From: Alphaproteobacteria bacterium | GTDB taxonomy: Bacteria; Pseudomonadota; Alphaproteobacteria; Puniceispirillales; Puniceispirillaceae | Direction of reading: 5' to 3' | Length of the DNA: 64,000 nucleotides | Assembly (NCBI GenBank): GCA_038125645.1 | Contig: JAYPEG010000007.1 | Span: 21 to 64,020, forward strand | Shown: piece after piece, positions 1-9,102 of the stretch | Numbering within the stretch: position 1 is the first letter of the stretch | Layout of the letters: each line of letters starts with the position of its first letter | Made by a program: the position numbers and the translations under genes | Notes under the pieces: model-generated | Databases searched by the model: none | The model's input: only the letters and a program-made list of their open reading frames with translations | Told to the model about the DNA's origin: nothing

Positions 1-35
1 CCAAACATTCTTATCCGCAGGTCAGTGGCTGGCTG

Positions 36-1439
36 GTGGCAGCGCTTCTGGCGGTAATTACATTCTCACGCCTTGGCGTGATTGCGTTCTCGCCACTGGG
101 GCCGGGTGTTGATGAAGCACAATACTGGCTATGGGGACAAACGCCCCAGCTGGGCTATTATTCAAAACCGCCGCTGATCGCCTGGCTCCTTGGTCTGATC
201 GATGCGCTGGCAGGCCGCTCTACATTCAGCCTGCGGGCGCCCGCCCCCTTACTGCATCTGGCAACAGCGCTGATTTTATGGCGCGCGGCGGCTGTAATGG
301 CCGGGGCCAGGGCCGGCTGTATAGCGGCACTTTTATGGCTCAGCCTGCCAGCGGTTGCCCTCGGCAGTTTTGTCATATCCACAGACAGTCTGCTGCTGCC
401 CTTCTGGAGCGGGGCGTTGTACTGTCTGATCCGCGCAGACAGGAGCGCTGGCAACAGGCTGTTTTTTATTGTCTGTGCGGGTCTGCTTATTGGTCTTGCC
501 AGCCTTGCCAAATATGCCGGTCTTTATTTTGCTGTCTGTTTTGGTCTGTGGCTGACAGTGGGCTGCAGGTGGCACGGGCGCGACAGGCTGCGTGCCTTTG
601 TTCTGTTTGTGCTGGCAGTGGCCCTTGCCTCAAGCCCGACATGGATATGGAATCTCGGCAATGAGTTTGTCACTGTCCAGCATCTGGGCGAGAATGCCAA
701 CCTTCAAAAACAGAGTTTCAGCCCGTTGTCTGTTGTCCGCTTTCTAGCTGAACAGGCGGGCGTATTCGGCCCGCTGACGCTGATTATGCTGGTGCTGGCC
801 AGCCTTGCCGGGGGGCGTAACAGCCGCCGGCTGGGGCATGCAGCCACGCCAGCGCTGGGCTTTTTTATCTGGCCGATTATCGCCCTGTTATGTGTTCAGG
901 CCTTTGTCAGCGAGGCAAATGCAAACTGGGCTGTCAGCGCCTATCCCGCAGCTGTGCTGGTACTGAGTGCGGCGGCCAGTACATCGCTCAGCATTGGTAT
1001 TATCATAAATTACGCGCTGGGCGCAGTGCTGGCAGCTGTTCTTGCTGTTGGCAGTTTTGGAGATTATGGCCCGGCATCTGACCCCTTGCGGCGGCTACGC
1101 GGCTGGGAGTCCCTGGCACAGCACAGCACAGACCTGGCCCGCCAGACAGGGGCACGCACTATTCTTGCCTACAGCCGGGCGAGTGCTGCCCTTTTGCACT
1201 GGCATCTGGCAGAAACCGATCTGGCGATTGTGCTGATGCCGCCGCAACACGGCGGCGGCAATCATTATCAGCGCCGCTATCCACTGCGCACAGACACAGC
1301 GCGGCCGCTTCTGATCCTGACGGAAAATGAAAATCTGCCACCGGCTGGGGCCGCTGGCTGGCAGGGGCCGGTCGGCCAGCTGTCAACACAGATAAGCAAA
1401 AGCCGCACACGCGATGTAACATTCTGGCTGGCCAGATAG
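36..1439 (+). CDS. Glycosyltransferase family 39/83 (ArnT/PMT-like) integral membrane protein. The frame is open to the left window edge, so the true start may lie upstream.
   Basis: 467-aa multi-TM ORF. N-terminal motif DEAQYWLWGQ..YYSKPPLIAWL is typical of polyprenyl-phosphate-sugar dependent ArnT-like transferases. No in-frame stop between nt 3 and 36. Confidence 0.75.
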   Translation: MAALLAVITFSRLGVIAFSPLGPGVDEAQYWLWGQTPQLGYYSKPPLIAWLLGLIDALAGRSTFSLRAPAPLLHLATALILWRAAAVMAGARAGCIAALLWLSLPAVALGSFVISTDSLLLPFWSGALYCLIRADRSAGNRLFFIVCAGLLIGLASLAKYAGLYFAVCFGLWLTVGCRWHGRDRLRAFVLFVLAVALASSPTWIWNLGNEFVTVQHLGENANLQKQSFSPLSVVRFLAEQAGVFGPLTLIMLVLASLAGGRNSRRLGHAATPALGFFIWPIIALLCVQAFVSEANANWAVSAYPAAVLVLSAAASTSLSIGIIINYALGAVLAAVLAVGSFGDYGPASDPLRRLRGWESLAQHSTDLARQTGARTILAYSRASAALLHWHLAETDLAIVLMPPQHGGGNHYQRRYPLRTDTARPLLILTENENLPPAGAAGWQGPVGQLSTQISKSRTRDVTFWLAR

Positions 1440-1449
1440 GCGGTTCCTT

Positions 1450-1884
1450 TCAGTCAGCGCCGGTTGCCCAGCCGGCTTTCACGAACGCCTCAAAGCATGA
1501 GAGCGTCTTTTCACTGACATGATGCTCAACACCCTCGGCATCCTGTTCAGCTGTATCCTCGTCAACACCGATAGCCAACAAAAAATTACGGACAATATCA
1601 TGGCGGTTTTTACAATCCTGTGCCAGCTGACGGCCGGCATCGGTGAGAAAAATAGAGCGGTAAGGGCGTGAACTGACCAGACCATCTTTTTGCAGACGCT
1701 GTATGGTCGCATTGACTGTCGGGGCGGTAACACCGAAACGCAGGGCCAGGTCAACCGCGCGCGCCTCTCCTGTGTCCTCTATCAGCTCGGCGATCATCTC
1801 AACATAATCCTCGGCAACCTCGCTTTGATGCGCCTTTCTGATTCTTTCAAATTTTGCCGCACTTTCTGCGATTATATCCGTCAT
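1450..1884 (-). CDS. mntR: DtxR/MntR-family metal-dependent transcriptional repressor
   Basis: Winged-helix plus metal/dimerisation domain pattern (EDYVEMIAELIEDTGEARAVDLALRFGVTAPTVNATIQRLQKDGLV..RPYRSIFLT..G). Start trimmed to the internal ATG (MTDIIAES) at 1884; the ORF track extends to 1956. Confidence 0.85.
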   Translation of the reverse strand: MTDIIAESAAKFERIRKAHQSEVAEDYVEMIAELIEDTGEARAVDLALRFGVTAPTVNATIQRLQKDGLVSSRPYRSIFLTDAGRQLAQDCKNRHDIVRNFLLAIGVDEDTAEQDAEGVEHHVSEKTLSCFEAFVKAGWATGAD

Positions 1885-2004
1885 ACACACATCTTTTTGC
1901 TGCGTTGGCACATCTTTTATTTGTTTTGGCAAGCGTGCAGCACCGCAGCAAGCCATCTGACTTTCTGCCAGGCCGCACCCCTGATTTATTTATAAAATAA
2001 AAAG

Positions 2005-2023
2005 TTAGGTCAGGCAAAGTTAA
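2005..2023. promoter_or_regulatory. Candidate DtxR/MntR-type operator in the divergent mntR / DUF1244 intergenic region
   Basis: TTAGGTCAGGCAAAGTTAA matches the recalled 19-bp DtxR consensus TTAGGTTAGCCTAACCTAA at about 14/19 positions, just upstream of the repressor gene. Confidence 0.3.
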
Positions 2024-2143
2024 TTTTTTTACTTTAATTCTGGCCGTAGCTGTTCGGTTTTTTCAGCCCCTCCCCCTTGCCAATTCGCACTGGCTGTAGG
2101 AAAACATCTGAGCAGCAGACTAGCGGTAATAGAGGAGGCCGGG

Positions 2144-2461
2144 ATGGCCAGTTTCGATGAAATTGATGAGACCATGCAGACAGAGCTGCAGGCAGCCGCG
2201 TTCCGGGCCCTGCGGGCGCATCTGCAAAAGCGCAGTGATGTGCAGAATATTGACATGATGAACCTGGCCGGTTTCTGCCGGAATTGCCTGTCCGGCTGGC
2301 TACAGGATGCAGCCGCGCAAAAGGGCATTGAGATCAGCAAGGATGAGGCACGCGGCTATATGTATGGAATGGCCTATGAACAGTGGCGGAAAACCTATCA
2401 GACAGAGGCCACACCGGAACAAAAGGCCGCCTTTCAGAAAAGCCATAAACATCGTTCTTGA
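2144..2461 (+). CDS. DUF1244 domain-containing protein
   Basis: 105 aa. Motif NLAGFCRNCLSGWL and overall pattern typical of the small conserved alphaproteobacterial DUF1244 family. AGGAGG Shine-Dalgarno upstream. Confidence 0.85.
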   Translation: MASFDEIDETMQTELQAAAFRALRAHLQKRSDVQNIDMMNLAGFCRNCLSGWLQDAAAQKGIEISKDEARGYMYGMAYEQWRKTYQTEATPEQKAAFQKSHKHRS

Positions 2462-2548
2462 ACACAGACTAACCGGTGTGGCCAGGGGCGCTGCTGTCTG
2501 AGCGCCGTAGGGGGCCCCTTGCAATAACAACAGAAAGACAGAGCAGAT

Positions 2549-2794
2549 ATGGAAGTGATAGCAAACAGTGGCGCCGAGCAGCTGCGCCAGTATGTTGAGC
2601 GTATAGAACGGCTTGAAGAGGAAAAACGGGCCCTGATGAGCGATATCAGGGATGTCTATTCAGAAGCCAAAGCAACGGGATTTGACCCAAAGACTATGCG
2701 CCAGATCATCAAAATCAGGGCAATGGACACTGATGCGCGGGCGGAACAGGAAAGTCTGCTGGAAACCTATCGCAATGCGCTGGGGCTGGGCTGA
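2549..2794 (+). CDS. gapR: UPF0335/DUF2312 protein (GapR-like nucleoid-associated protein)
   Basis: 81 aa. QLRQYVERIERLEEEKRALMSDIRDVYSEAKATGFDPKTMRQIIKIR is the hallmark DUF2312 sequence. Confidence 0.85.
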   Translation: MEVIANSGAEQLRQYVERIERLEEEKRALMSDIRDVYSEAKATGFDPKTMRQIIKIRAMDTDARAEQESLLETYRNALGLG

Positions 2795-3715
2795 GTGGGC
2801 GCTGGGCATACATTTGCTGCCCGCCTGAAAGCAGCCACTGAGGATTGCGGCACCCCATTATGTGTCGGCATTGATCCCCACCCGCAGCTGATGCCTGGTG
2901 TTTTTGGCGGGCCAGACCAGACGCCGGGCACAGCCGGTTCGCTGGCACAGCTTGAGCGGTTCTGCAGTTCTGTTATTGCCGCCGCCGCCGGGCTGGTTCC
3001 GGCGGTGAAGCCGCAGGTAGCCCTGTTTGAGGCGCATGGCCCCGGGGGTATGGGGGTGCTGCAGCGGCTTTCATTGCAGGCAAGAGAACAGGGGCTGCTG
3101 GTTATCATCGATGCGAAACGCGGGGATATTGGCTCTACCGCAAGAGCCTATGCAAAGGCCTGGCTGGGGGCTGAGGCCGCGTTTGCGTCTGACGCGCTGA
3201 CTGTAAACCCCTATTTGGGGCTGGACAGCCTTGCCCCTTTTGCGGAACAGGCACAGGCCAGCAATTCGGGTGTGTTTATTCTGGTGCGTACCAGCAATCC
3301 GGGCGCGGCTGACCTGCAGCTGAAAGACAGTGGCGGCACGCCTGTTTATGCCCGTCTTGCCAGTGCACTCGCCCAGATGGTCACTGCACAGATAGATCCG
3401 ATATGTGGCCTGTCATCCATTGGGGCTGTTGTCGGGGCCACAGGCCCGCACGAGGCACGGGCGCTGCGGGCACTTCTGCCCACGGCGCCCTTTTTGATTC
3501 CAGGCTATGGCGCACAGGGCGCCAGCGCTGCACAGGCAGTGGCCGGGCTGATAAAGAGGCCGGGTACACACACAGCTGTTGGCGGGCTTGTCAACGCCTC
3601 GCGTGCCATTACCCATAACCCCGCCGTGCAGGCGGCAAAGAGTGAAGATGCCGCCATTCGGGCTATGCGCGCGGCCGTCAGCGATGCCATCACAGAGTTG
3701 CGGGCAGCTGTCTGA
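2795..3715 (+). CDS. pyrF: Orotidine 5'-phosphate decarboxylase, type 2
   Basis: LCVGIDPHP and IIDAKRGDIGSTARAYA motifs. GTG start immediately after the gapR stop. Confidence 0.9.
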   Translation: MGAGHTFAARLKAATEDCGTPLCVGIDPHPQLMPGVFGGPDQTPGTAGSLAQLERFCSSVIAAAAGLVPAVKPQVALFEAHGPGGMGVLQRLSLQAREQGLLVIIDAKRGDIGSTARAYAKAWLGAEAAFASDALTVNPYLGLDSLAPFAEQAQASNSGVFILVRTSNPGAADLQLKDSGGTPVYARLASALAQMVTAQIDPICGLSSIGAVVGATGPHEARALRALLPTAPFLIPGYGAQGASAAQAVAGLIKRPGTHTAVGGLVNASRAITHNPAVQAAKSEDAAIRAMRAAVSDAITELRAAV

Positions 3716-3729
3716 AACACAGAAGACCG

Positions 3730-3776
3730 GATATGTTTAACGCCCAGATATGTTTAACGCCCAGATATGTTTAACG
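3730..3776. repeat. Tandem repeat, 17-bp unit GATATGTTTAACGCCCA x 2.8
   Basis: Two perfect units (3730-3746, 3747-3763) plus 13 nt of a third. The third copy supplies the stop codon and last codons of the minus-strand DUF3047 gene. Confidence 0.95.
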
Positions 3777-4559
3777 AAGGGCCTGTTCAAAAACGGGTGT
3801 TGTAATCCGCACGGTAAAGCGCGTTTGCGTATCATCGCTGTCAGCAGCAATGGCGATATAGCTTGGCGGCGGCGGCGGATAGCCAAAGCGGGCCTCAAAA
3901 TCAGCTGCAACATCCAGTTGATGCCCGTGCCAGATATCTGCGGGCGCGTCAGGCATCTGTAAAATTTGCATATAGCCGGCCTTGCCAGTGTATGGATTTT
4001 CAAACCAGTGCCCCAGCGCGGCCCCGCCGCCCCACAGATAGGTTAACAGCCGGCCCGGTGCCTGTTTGCCCTCTCTTGCCTCTACCAATGGGCGGGTGAG
4101 CCTTTCGGCAAAGCTGGCACGTTCGGGCTGATAGGGAAATGCAACATAAACAGCCAGCAGCCGGTCATCCCCGCCTTTTACTGTCAGATCAGTATCCACA
4201 GCCGGGCCGCTGCGCTGCCAGGAAAAGGTCAGCACCGGCGTTTCAGTCAGATCAATCTGCCCCTCCCTGAAAGGCAGGTAACCGATAGACACAGATTTTT
4301 CAGAGATAATTTCAATAATATCTGTATAGCCGCCCTCTGCTGGCAGGGCAGAAAAGCTGTTCTGCGCTTTATCATCAAAGGTGAATTCCTGCCAGCCCCG
4401 TTCTGTCAGCACCGAATCAAGCTGTGCGGATACCGGGCCAGAGGCAAGTAAAATGAGCGCGCCCGCCAGAAACAGAGCAAAAGACCTGAACAGCTTCAAC
4501 GCCTTAATTAGAACAAGGAAAAACAATAGCTTACCCCTTTTTATGCTGGATAACAACAA
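3771..4559 (-). CDS. DUF3047 domain-containing secreted protein
   Basis: 262 aa with an N-terminal signal-like hydrophobic segment. Core FSWQRSGPAV..KGGDDRLLAVYVAF resembles the DUF3047 family. Confidence 0.7.
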   Translation of the reverse strand: MLLSSIKRGKLLFFLVLIKALKLFRSFALFLAGALILLASGPVSAQLDSVLTERGWQEFTFDDKAQNSFSALPAEGGYTDIIEIISEKSVSIGYLPFREGQIDLTETPVLTFSWQRSGPAVDTDLTVKGGDDRLLAVYVAFPYQPERASFAERLTRPLVEAREGKQAPGRLLTYLWGGGAALGHWFENPYTGKAGYMQILQMPDAPADIWHGHQLDVAADFEARFGYPPPPPSYIAIAADSDDTQTRFTVRITTPVFEQALR

Positions 4560-4752
4560 ATCTGTACGCCGACCTTTATAGTATCACTTCAGCTGGGCTT
4601 GCGTAAAAAGATTAACGCAACCATCATTATCCATTAGTTGTTTTAATTATATTTATTACCTGTTTTAAACGCAGGCAATAAATTAATCAAATGCTTGTTA
4701 TTGGCAGTGCATGAAAGTGACAGCATATGGTTTTGGGTTGTCGGGGGTAAAG

Positions 4753-5229
4753 ATGACAGAAGACGACGTCAAGCATCAAGGTGAAGTCATCTGGTATAAT
4801 GAGCGGCGGGGATATGGATTTGTGCGTTTCGGCGCCCAGGAAATCTTTCTGCACCATTCAGCGCTCAGCCGTTTTGGGCTGGAAACTGTTTATCCGGGGG
4901 ATCAGCTGACTGTGCTGATCGCTGAAAATGACTGCGGGCCTGTGATAAGTGAACTGCTGGCAATAGAACGTGCCAAGCCGCGTTCAGTGCCGCCCGACAC
5001 AGAGCTGCAGGAACATGAGGTACGCGGCACGGTAAAATTCTTTAATGCGTTCAAGGGCTATGGCTTTGTCAATATCGGCGAGGATCAGCGTGATGTTTTT
5101 GTGCATCTGCGTACCTTGCGTAACTGCGGCATCCATCATTTGAGCGAGGGGCAGGAAATACTGTTGCATGTGACAGATGAGGGCAAAGGCCCACAGGCAA
5201 AGGAAGTGAAAATTTTTGCCACCGAATAG
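4753..5229 (+). CDS. Cold-shock protein with two cold-shock domains
   Basis: Two CSD cores (GEVIWYNERRGYGFV and GTVKFFNAFKGYGFV). Start set at the ATG at 4753, preceded by GGGGG; the ORF track starts at 4711. A long AT-rich leader lies upstream. Confidence 0.85.
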   Translation: MTEDDVKHQGEVIWYNERRGYGFVRFGAQEIFLHHSALSRFGLETVYPGDQLTVLIAENDCGPVISELLAIERAKPRSVPPDTELQEHEVRGTVKFFNAFKGYGFVNIGEDQRDVFVHLRTLRNCGIHHLSEGQEILLHVTDEGKGPQAKEVKIFATE

Positions 5230-5320
5230 ACAGACAAAAAAATAGACGGGCCGGGAAAATTTCATTACCGTCAGTCTGAGGTCTGTTCACAGCATCAGCA
5301 GTCACAGATATTGTGTCTGC

Positions 5321-5377
5321 TGTTTTGTTTTGCAGGTGTTTTGTTTTGCAGGCCATAAATCTGTTTTGTTATGCAGG
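5321..5377. repeat. Direct repeats TGTTTTGTTTTGCAGG x2 in perfect tandem, plus a third 15/16 copy after a 9-nt spacer
   Basis: Units at 5321-5336, 5337-5352 and 5362-5377. The last copy ends 8 nt before the MFS start codon. Confidence 0.95.
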
Positions 5378-5384
5378 GTCATTT

Positions 5385-6605
5385 ATGTCGGGTAAATTTT
5401 CTGCTTATCGCTGGCCGCTGATTCTGGGTGCGGCGGCCTTTCTTGTTGTGATCACTATGGGTGTGCGCCAGACCTTTGGGCTGTTTCTGCTGCCGGTGAC
5501 AGAGGCGCTGGGCAGCGGGCGCGAGCTGTTCTCGCTGGCAATGGCCCTGCAAAATCTGGTCTGGGGCCTGTCATCACCGATTGCCGGGGCGGTTGCGGAT
5601 AAATATGGTGCTGCCAGGGTTGCAGCTGCCGGCACGCTGTTCTATATGGCCGGACTGCTGATAATTGGGCTGCAGATAACACCGGGCGGGCTGATAGCTG
5701 GCCAGCTGATGATTGGCATTGGCCTTGGCAGTGCCGGCATTTCTATTGCGCTGGGGGCTGTAGCAAGGGCCGCGGCCCCGGAAAAGAGATCGATGGCGCT
5801 GGGGCTGGTCACAAGTCTGGGGTCATTCGGCCAGTTTGCCGTACTGCCTGTAACCCAGCTGTTCATAGATGGTTATGGCTGGCAGATGGCGCTGATTTTG
5901 CTTTCTGGTCTTACCGGGGCGATGCTGGCTGCCTGTCTTGTCATGCATCATCAAGACAGTGCGGGCAAAGTATCAACAGCTGATCTGGCCGCCCTTTCAG
6001 CCGGAGGGATGCTGCGCACAGCCTTTGCCAGCCGTGATTACATCCTGCTGACAGCCGGATTTTTTGTCTGCGGGATTCAAATTGTCTTTATTGGCACACA
6101 TCTGCCCACTTATCTGCGTGATGCAGGGCTGAGCGCAAATGTCGCCAGCTGGTCGCTTGCCATGGTGGGGCTGTGCAATATTATCGGTTCCTTTGCTGCC
6201 GGATGGCTAGGCAGTTTCATGCATAAGAAAAAATTACTGGCCTGGTTTTACCTGCTCAGATCCATTGCCATGGTGATTTTTATTTCCCTGCCACCAACGC
6301 CTGTTTCAGCCATTCTGTTTGGTGCGGTGATGGGTTTGCTATGGCTGGGAACAGTGCCGCTGACCAGCGGCCTGATTGTTGTGTTTTTCGGGCCGGCCTT
6401 TTTGTCCATGCTTTACGGGATAGTCTTTTTCTCGCATCAGATAGGCTCTTTTATCGGGGCCTGGCTGGGCGGGCGAATCTATGACGGCACTGCCAGCTAT
6501 GATCTGATGTGGTGGATTGTTATTGCTTCTGGCCTGTTTGCCTTTGTCGTGAATTACCTGATTGATGAGCCGGCCCCGGCCCCGCGCCGCCAGCCCGCAG
6601 AATGA
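5385..6605 (+). CDS. MFS transporter
   Basis: About 12 predicted TM segments with typical MFS loop motifs. Start set at MSGKFSAYRWPL (5385) rather than the upstream GTG of the ORF track. Confidence 0.85.
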   Translation: MSGKFSAYRWPLILGAAAFLVVITMGVRQTFGLFLLPVTEALGSGRELFSLAMALQNLVWGLSSPIAGAVADKYGAARVAAAGTLFYMAGLLIIGLQITPGGLIAGQLMIGIGLGSAGISIALGAVARAAAPEKRSMALGLVTSLGSFGQFAVLPVTQLFIDGYGWQMALILLSGLTGAMLAACLVMHHQDSAGKVSTADLAALSAGGMLRTAFASRDYILLTAGFFVCGIQIVFIGTHLPTYLRDAGLSANVASWSLAMVGLCNIIGSFAAGWLGSFMHKKKLLAWFYLLRSIAMVIFISLPPTPVSAILFGAVMGLLWLGTVPLTSGLIVVFFGPAFLSMLYGIVFFSHQIGSFIGAWLGGRIYDGTASYDLMWWIVIASGLFAFVVNYLIDEPAPAPRRQPAE

Positions 6606-6658
6606 GCCATAACGCCAGAATAAATAATAAAAATCACCGATTCAGGCAGACCGCGCGG

Positions 6659-7594
6659 CTAATCACGGGCAGCTAGCCAGCGTTCCGCATCAAGAGCGGC
6701 CATACAGCCCATGCCAGCGGCGGTGACCGCCTGGCGGTAGATTTTGTCAACACAGTCACCAGCCGCAAAAATACCGCTGACAGATGTGCGCGTTGTGCCT
6801 GTCTCCACGGTAATATAGCCCTCGCTGTCGCGCTGCAGGGCCGCTGCAAACGCAGCTGTGGACGGGTCATGGCCTATCGCAACAAAAACCCCGTGAACCT
6901 CTATCTGCTCGCCCCCGCTGCCATCGAAAGCGCTGAGGCGCGCACCGGTTACACCGCTGTCATCACCGATAATCTCATCAACAATCCGGTTCCATTTTAC
7001 CGTGATTTTCGGATGCGCCAGCAGCCTGTCCTGCATGATTTTTTCCGCCCGTAGCGAATCACGGCGATGGACAAGCGTGACTGAGCGGCAGATATTTGCC
7101 AGATAAAGTGCCTCTTCAACCGCTGTGTTACCGCCGCCAACCACCGCGACATCGCGGTCGCGGTAGAAAAAGCCGTCACAGGTGGCACAGGCAGATACAC
7201 CGCGCCCGTTAAAGGCTGTTTCAGAATCAAGCCCCAGCCAGCGTGCGCTGGCCCCGGTGGCAATAATGACACTGTCTGCTGTGATCACCGCGCCTGAATC
7301 GCACTGCAGGGTGAAGGGGTGGCTGTCGGCTGACAGGCCTGTCACAAGGTCATACATGACCCGTGCCCCGACCTTTTCTGCCTGTGCCTGCATCTGCTGC
7401 ATCAGCCACGGCCCCTGCACAACTTCTGCAAAGCCGGGATAATTTTCGACATCTGTTGTGATGGTCAGCTGGCCGCCTGGCTGGAGTCCGGCAATGACAA
7501 GCGGCTGTATATTTGCGCGTGCAGCATAGATGGCTGCTGTAAAACCGGCAGCACCGGCACCGATAATGACAAGGCGTTCATGTGTTGTGGCCAT
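6659..7594 (-). CDS. trxB: Thioredoxin-disulfide reductase
   Basis: GAGAAG FAD motif, redox CATCDG motif and GGGNTAVEEAL NADPH motif. Start at MATTHERLVIIG. Confidence 0.92.
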   Translation of the reverse strand: MATTHERLVIIGAGAAGFTAAIYAARANIQPLVIAGLQPGGQLTITTDVENYPGFAEVVQGPWLMQQMQAQAEKVGARVMYDLVTGLSADSHPFTLQCDSGAVITADSVIIATGASARWLGLDSETAFNGRGVSACATCDGFFYRDRDVAVVGGGNTAVEEALYLANICRSVTLVHRRDSLRAEKIMQDRLLAHPKITVKWNRIVDEIIGDDSGVTGARLSAFDGSGGEQIEVHGVFVAIGHDPSTAAFAAALQRDSEGYITVETGTTRTSVSGIFAAGDCVDKIYRQAVTAAGMGCMAALDAERWLAARD

Positions 7595-7739
7595 GATATT
7601 TGTACTTGCTCTTTGCAGCTTATGATAATTTATCAATGCCCGGGCTGTGTCCTGGCCCCCCTTGTGAAGTGGACAAGCCGGCCGGGCTGGTGAATACTCA
7701 AGACATCTTTAACAAGAGGCAGAGGTGATTTGTCAAGCA

Positions 7740-8624
7740 ATGGGCGCATTATTTTCACGCCTGATCGCAGTGGCGCTGGTTGCAGCGGGGCCGGTCACCG
7801 GCATGGCCCGTGCTGAACAGAATGATACAGACATTGCACTTATCCGCGGCACCGCTGTCCAGGGCGGGCTGCTGGTCTTTCAGACCCGGCCGGAAAACAG
7901 TGTATGGCTGGACACAGAGCCGCTGCCCCTGGCTGATAATGGCATGTTTGCTGTCGGCTTTCACCGCGATGACCATGACAGGCATATAATTACCGTTAAG
8001 AGCAGAAAAGCGAATAAACGCACCTATGAGCTGGTGCCGGCGCAGCGCAGCTATGATATTCAGCGCATTGACAATCTGCCCGCATCCATGGTCACCCCTC
8101 CTGATGAGGTGATTGCCAGAATCAGGAATGACATAGACATGGTCAGGGCGGCGCGCAGCGGAATCAGCCGAATTGATGATGCGCTGATAAATGGTTTTGA
8201 CTGGCCGGTCTGGGGGCGGGTGACAGGCATTTACGGCTCTCAGCGCATTCTGAACGGCCAGCCCCGCCAGCCACATTACGGCATTGACATCGCAGCCCCG
8301 CCCGGCCTGCCCGTCATGGCGGCAGCAGATGGCCGGGTAACGCTGGCAGCTGATTTGTATTTTACCGGCTGGACTATAATCATTGACCATGGTTTCGGGC
8401 TGAATTCCACTTATTCCCATCTGCAGGAGATATCCGTGAAAACCGGTGATAGTGTGAACAGGGGCCAGATGATAGGCAGCCTCGGCTCTACGGGCCGGTC
8501 AACAGGCCCGCATCTGGACTGGCGAATCAACTGGCAGACAAAACGCCTAGATCCCATGCTTCTCTCTGGCCCGCTGCTGCCTGCCCTGCCAGTGGGGCGG
8601 CCAAAGAACCGTCAGAATAATTAA
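7740..8624 (+). CDS. M23 family metallopeptidase (LytM-type), secreted
   Basis: HYGIDIAAP, IIDHGFGLNSTYSHL and GSTGRSTGPHLDW motifs, plus a signal peptide. An alternative GTG start exists at 7725. Confidence 0.85.
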   Translation: MGALFSRLIAVALVAAGPVTGMARAEQNDTDIALIRGTAVQGGLLVFQTRPENSVWLDTEPLPLADNGMFAVGFHRDDHDRHIITVKSRKANKRTYELVPAQRSYDIQRIDNLPASMVTPPDEVIARIRNDIDMVRAARSGISRIDDALINGFDWPVWGRVTGIYGSQRILNGQPRQPHYGIDIAAPPGLPVMAAADGRVTLAADLYFTGWTIIIDHGFGLNSTYSHLQEISVKTGDSVNRGQMIGSLGSTGRSTGPHLDWRINWQTKRLDPMLLSGPLLPALPVGRPKNRQNN

Positions 8625-8755
8625 TATTTTTGAATATGTTGAATTTCTGATTTCGTGCCAGAAAAATGACAGACAGCAATTATCATTTCCCTCTGCCAGA
8701 CCTGTCGGTTATGGTCTTTTTACTGTCGCCCTTATGCCATTGAGCGCTTGTTAAT

Positions 8756-8965
8756 TGGGTAAGGGTGATAATATCCGGTTCGTGTAACACACACGATTAA
8801 AACGGGAATCTGGTACGGTTTTGCCGGGAATGGGGCCGGACGCAGCCGAATCCAGAACTGTCCTCGCAACTGTAATCAGCGAGTGGCCGTGCATAATGCC
8901 ACTGAACCTGTTTCGGGAAGGCGCACTGTCATTGTGACCTGAAAGTCAGGAGACCTGCCGGATAA
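8756..8965 (+). promoter_or_regulatory. Cobalamin (adenosylcobalamin) riboswitch
   Basis: Conserved elements in order: AACGGGAATCTGGT, CTGTCCTCGCAACTGTAA, GCCACTG...GGGAAGGC, and the B12 box AGTCAGGAGACCTGCC at 8944-8959. Located upstream of a TonB-dependent receptor. Confidence 0.85.
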
Positions 8966-9102
8966 GCACCCAGTCGGGCCACGAGGCATGGCCAGGACGG
9001 CGGAGCAAGTCTTTTTTTTCCGCGGATGGTGAGTGATGTAATCGCGCCGCGGGGATTGCTGTTATCTGTGATGCCTCCGGCGGCAACCGCCCGGGGGAAC
9101 TG

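Noticed and set aside
131-664. Alternative-frame ORFs inside the first GT39 gene (131..664, 158..511, 333..575).
   Set aside because: The frame of 36..1439 gives a coherent multi-TM ArnT-like protein. The others are overlapping-frame noise.
4560-4752. The AT-rich leader of the cold-shock gene as a defined cspA-type RNA thermosensor.
   Set aside because: I can see only general AT-richness and a weak hairpin (TGCGT…ACGCA). That is not enough to call a structured element.
7755-8420. 221-aa ORF antisense to the M23 peptidase gene. Similar long antisense ORFs occur at 38622..39200, 44039..44698, 45309..45950, 48451..49056, 54473..55099 and 57795..58373.
   Set aside because: Each lies entirely inside a confidently identified gene on the opposite strand. 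Their translations are Arg/Pro/Ala/Gly-rich with no recognisable motifs, which is typical of shadow ORFs in moderately high-GC DNA.
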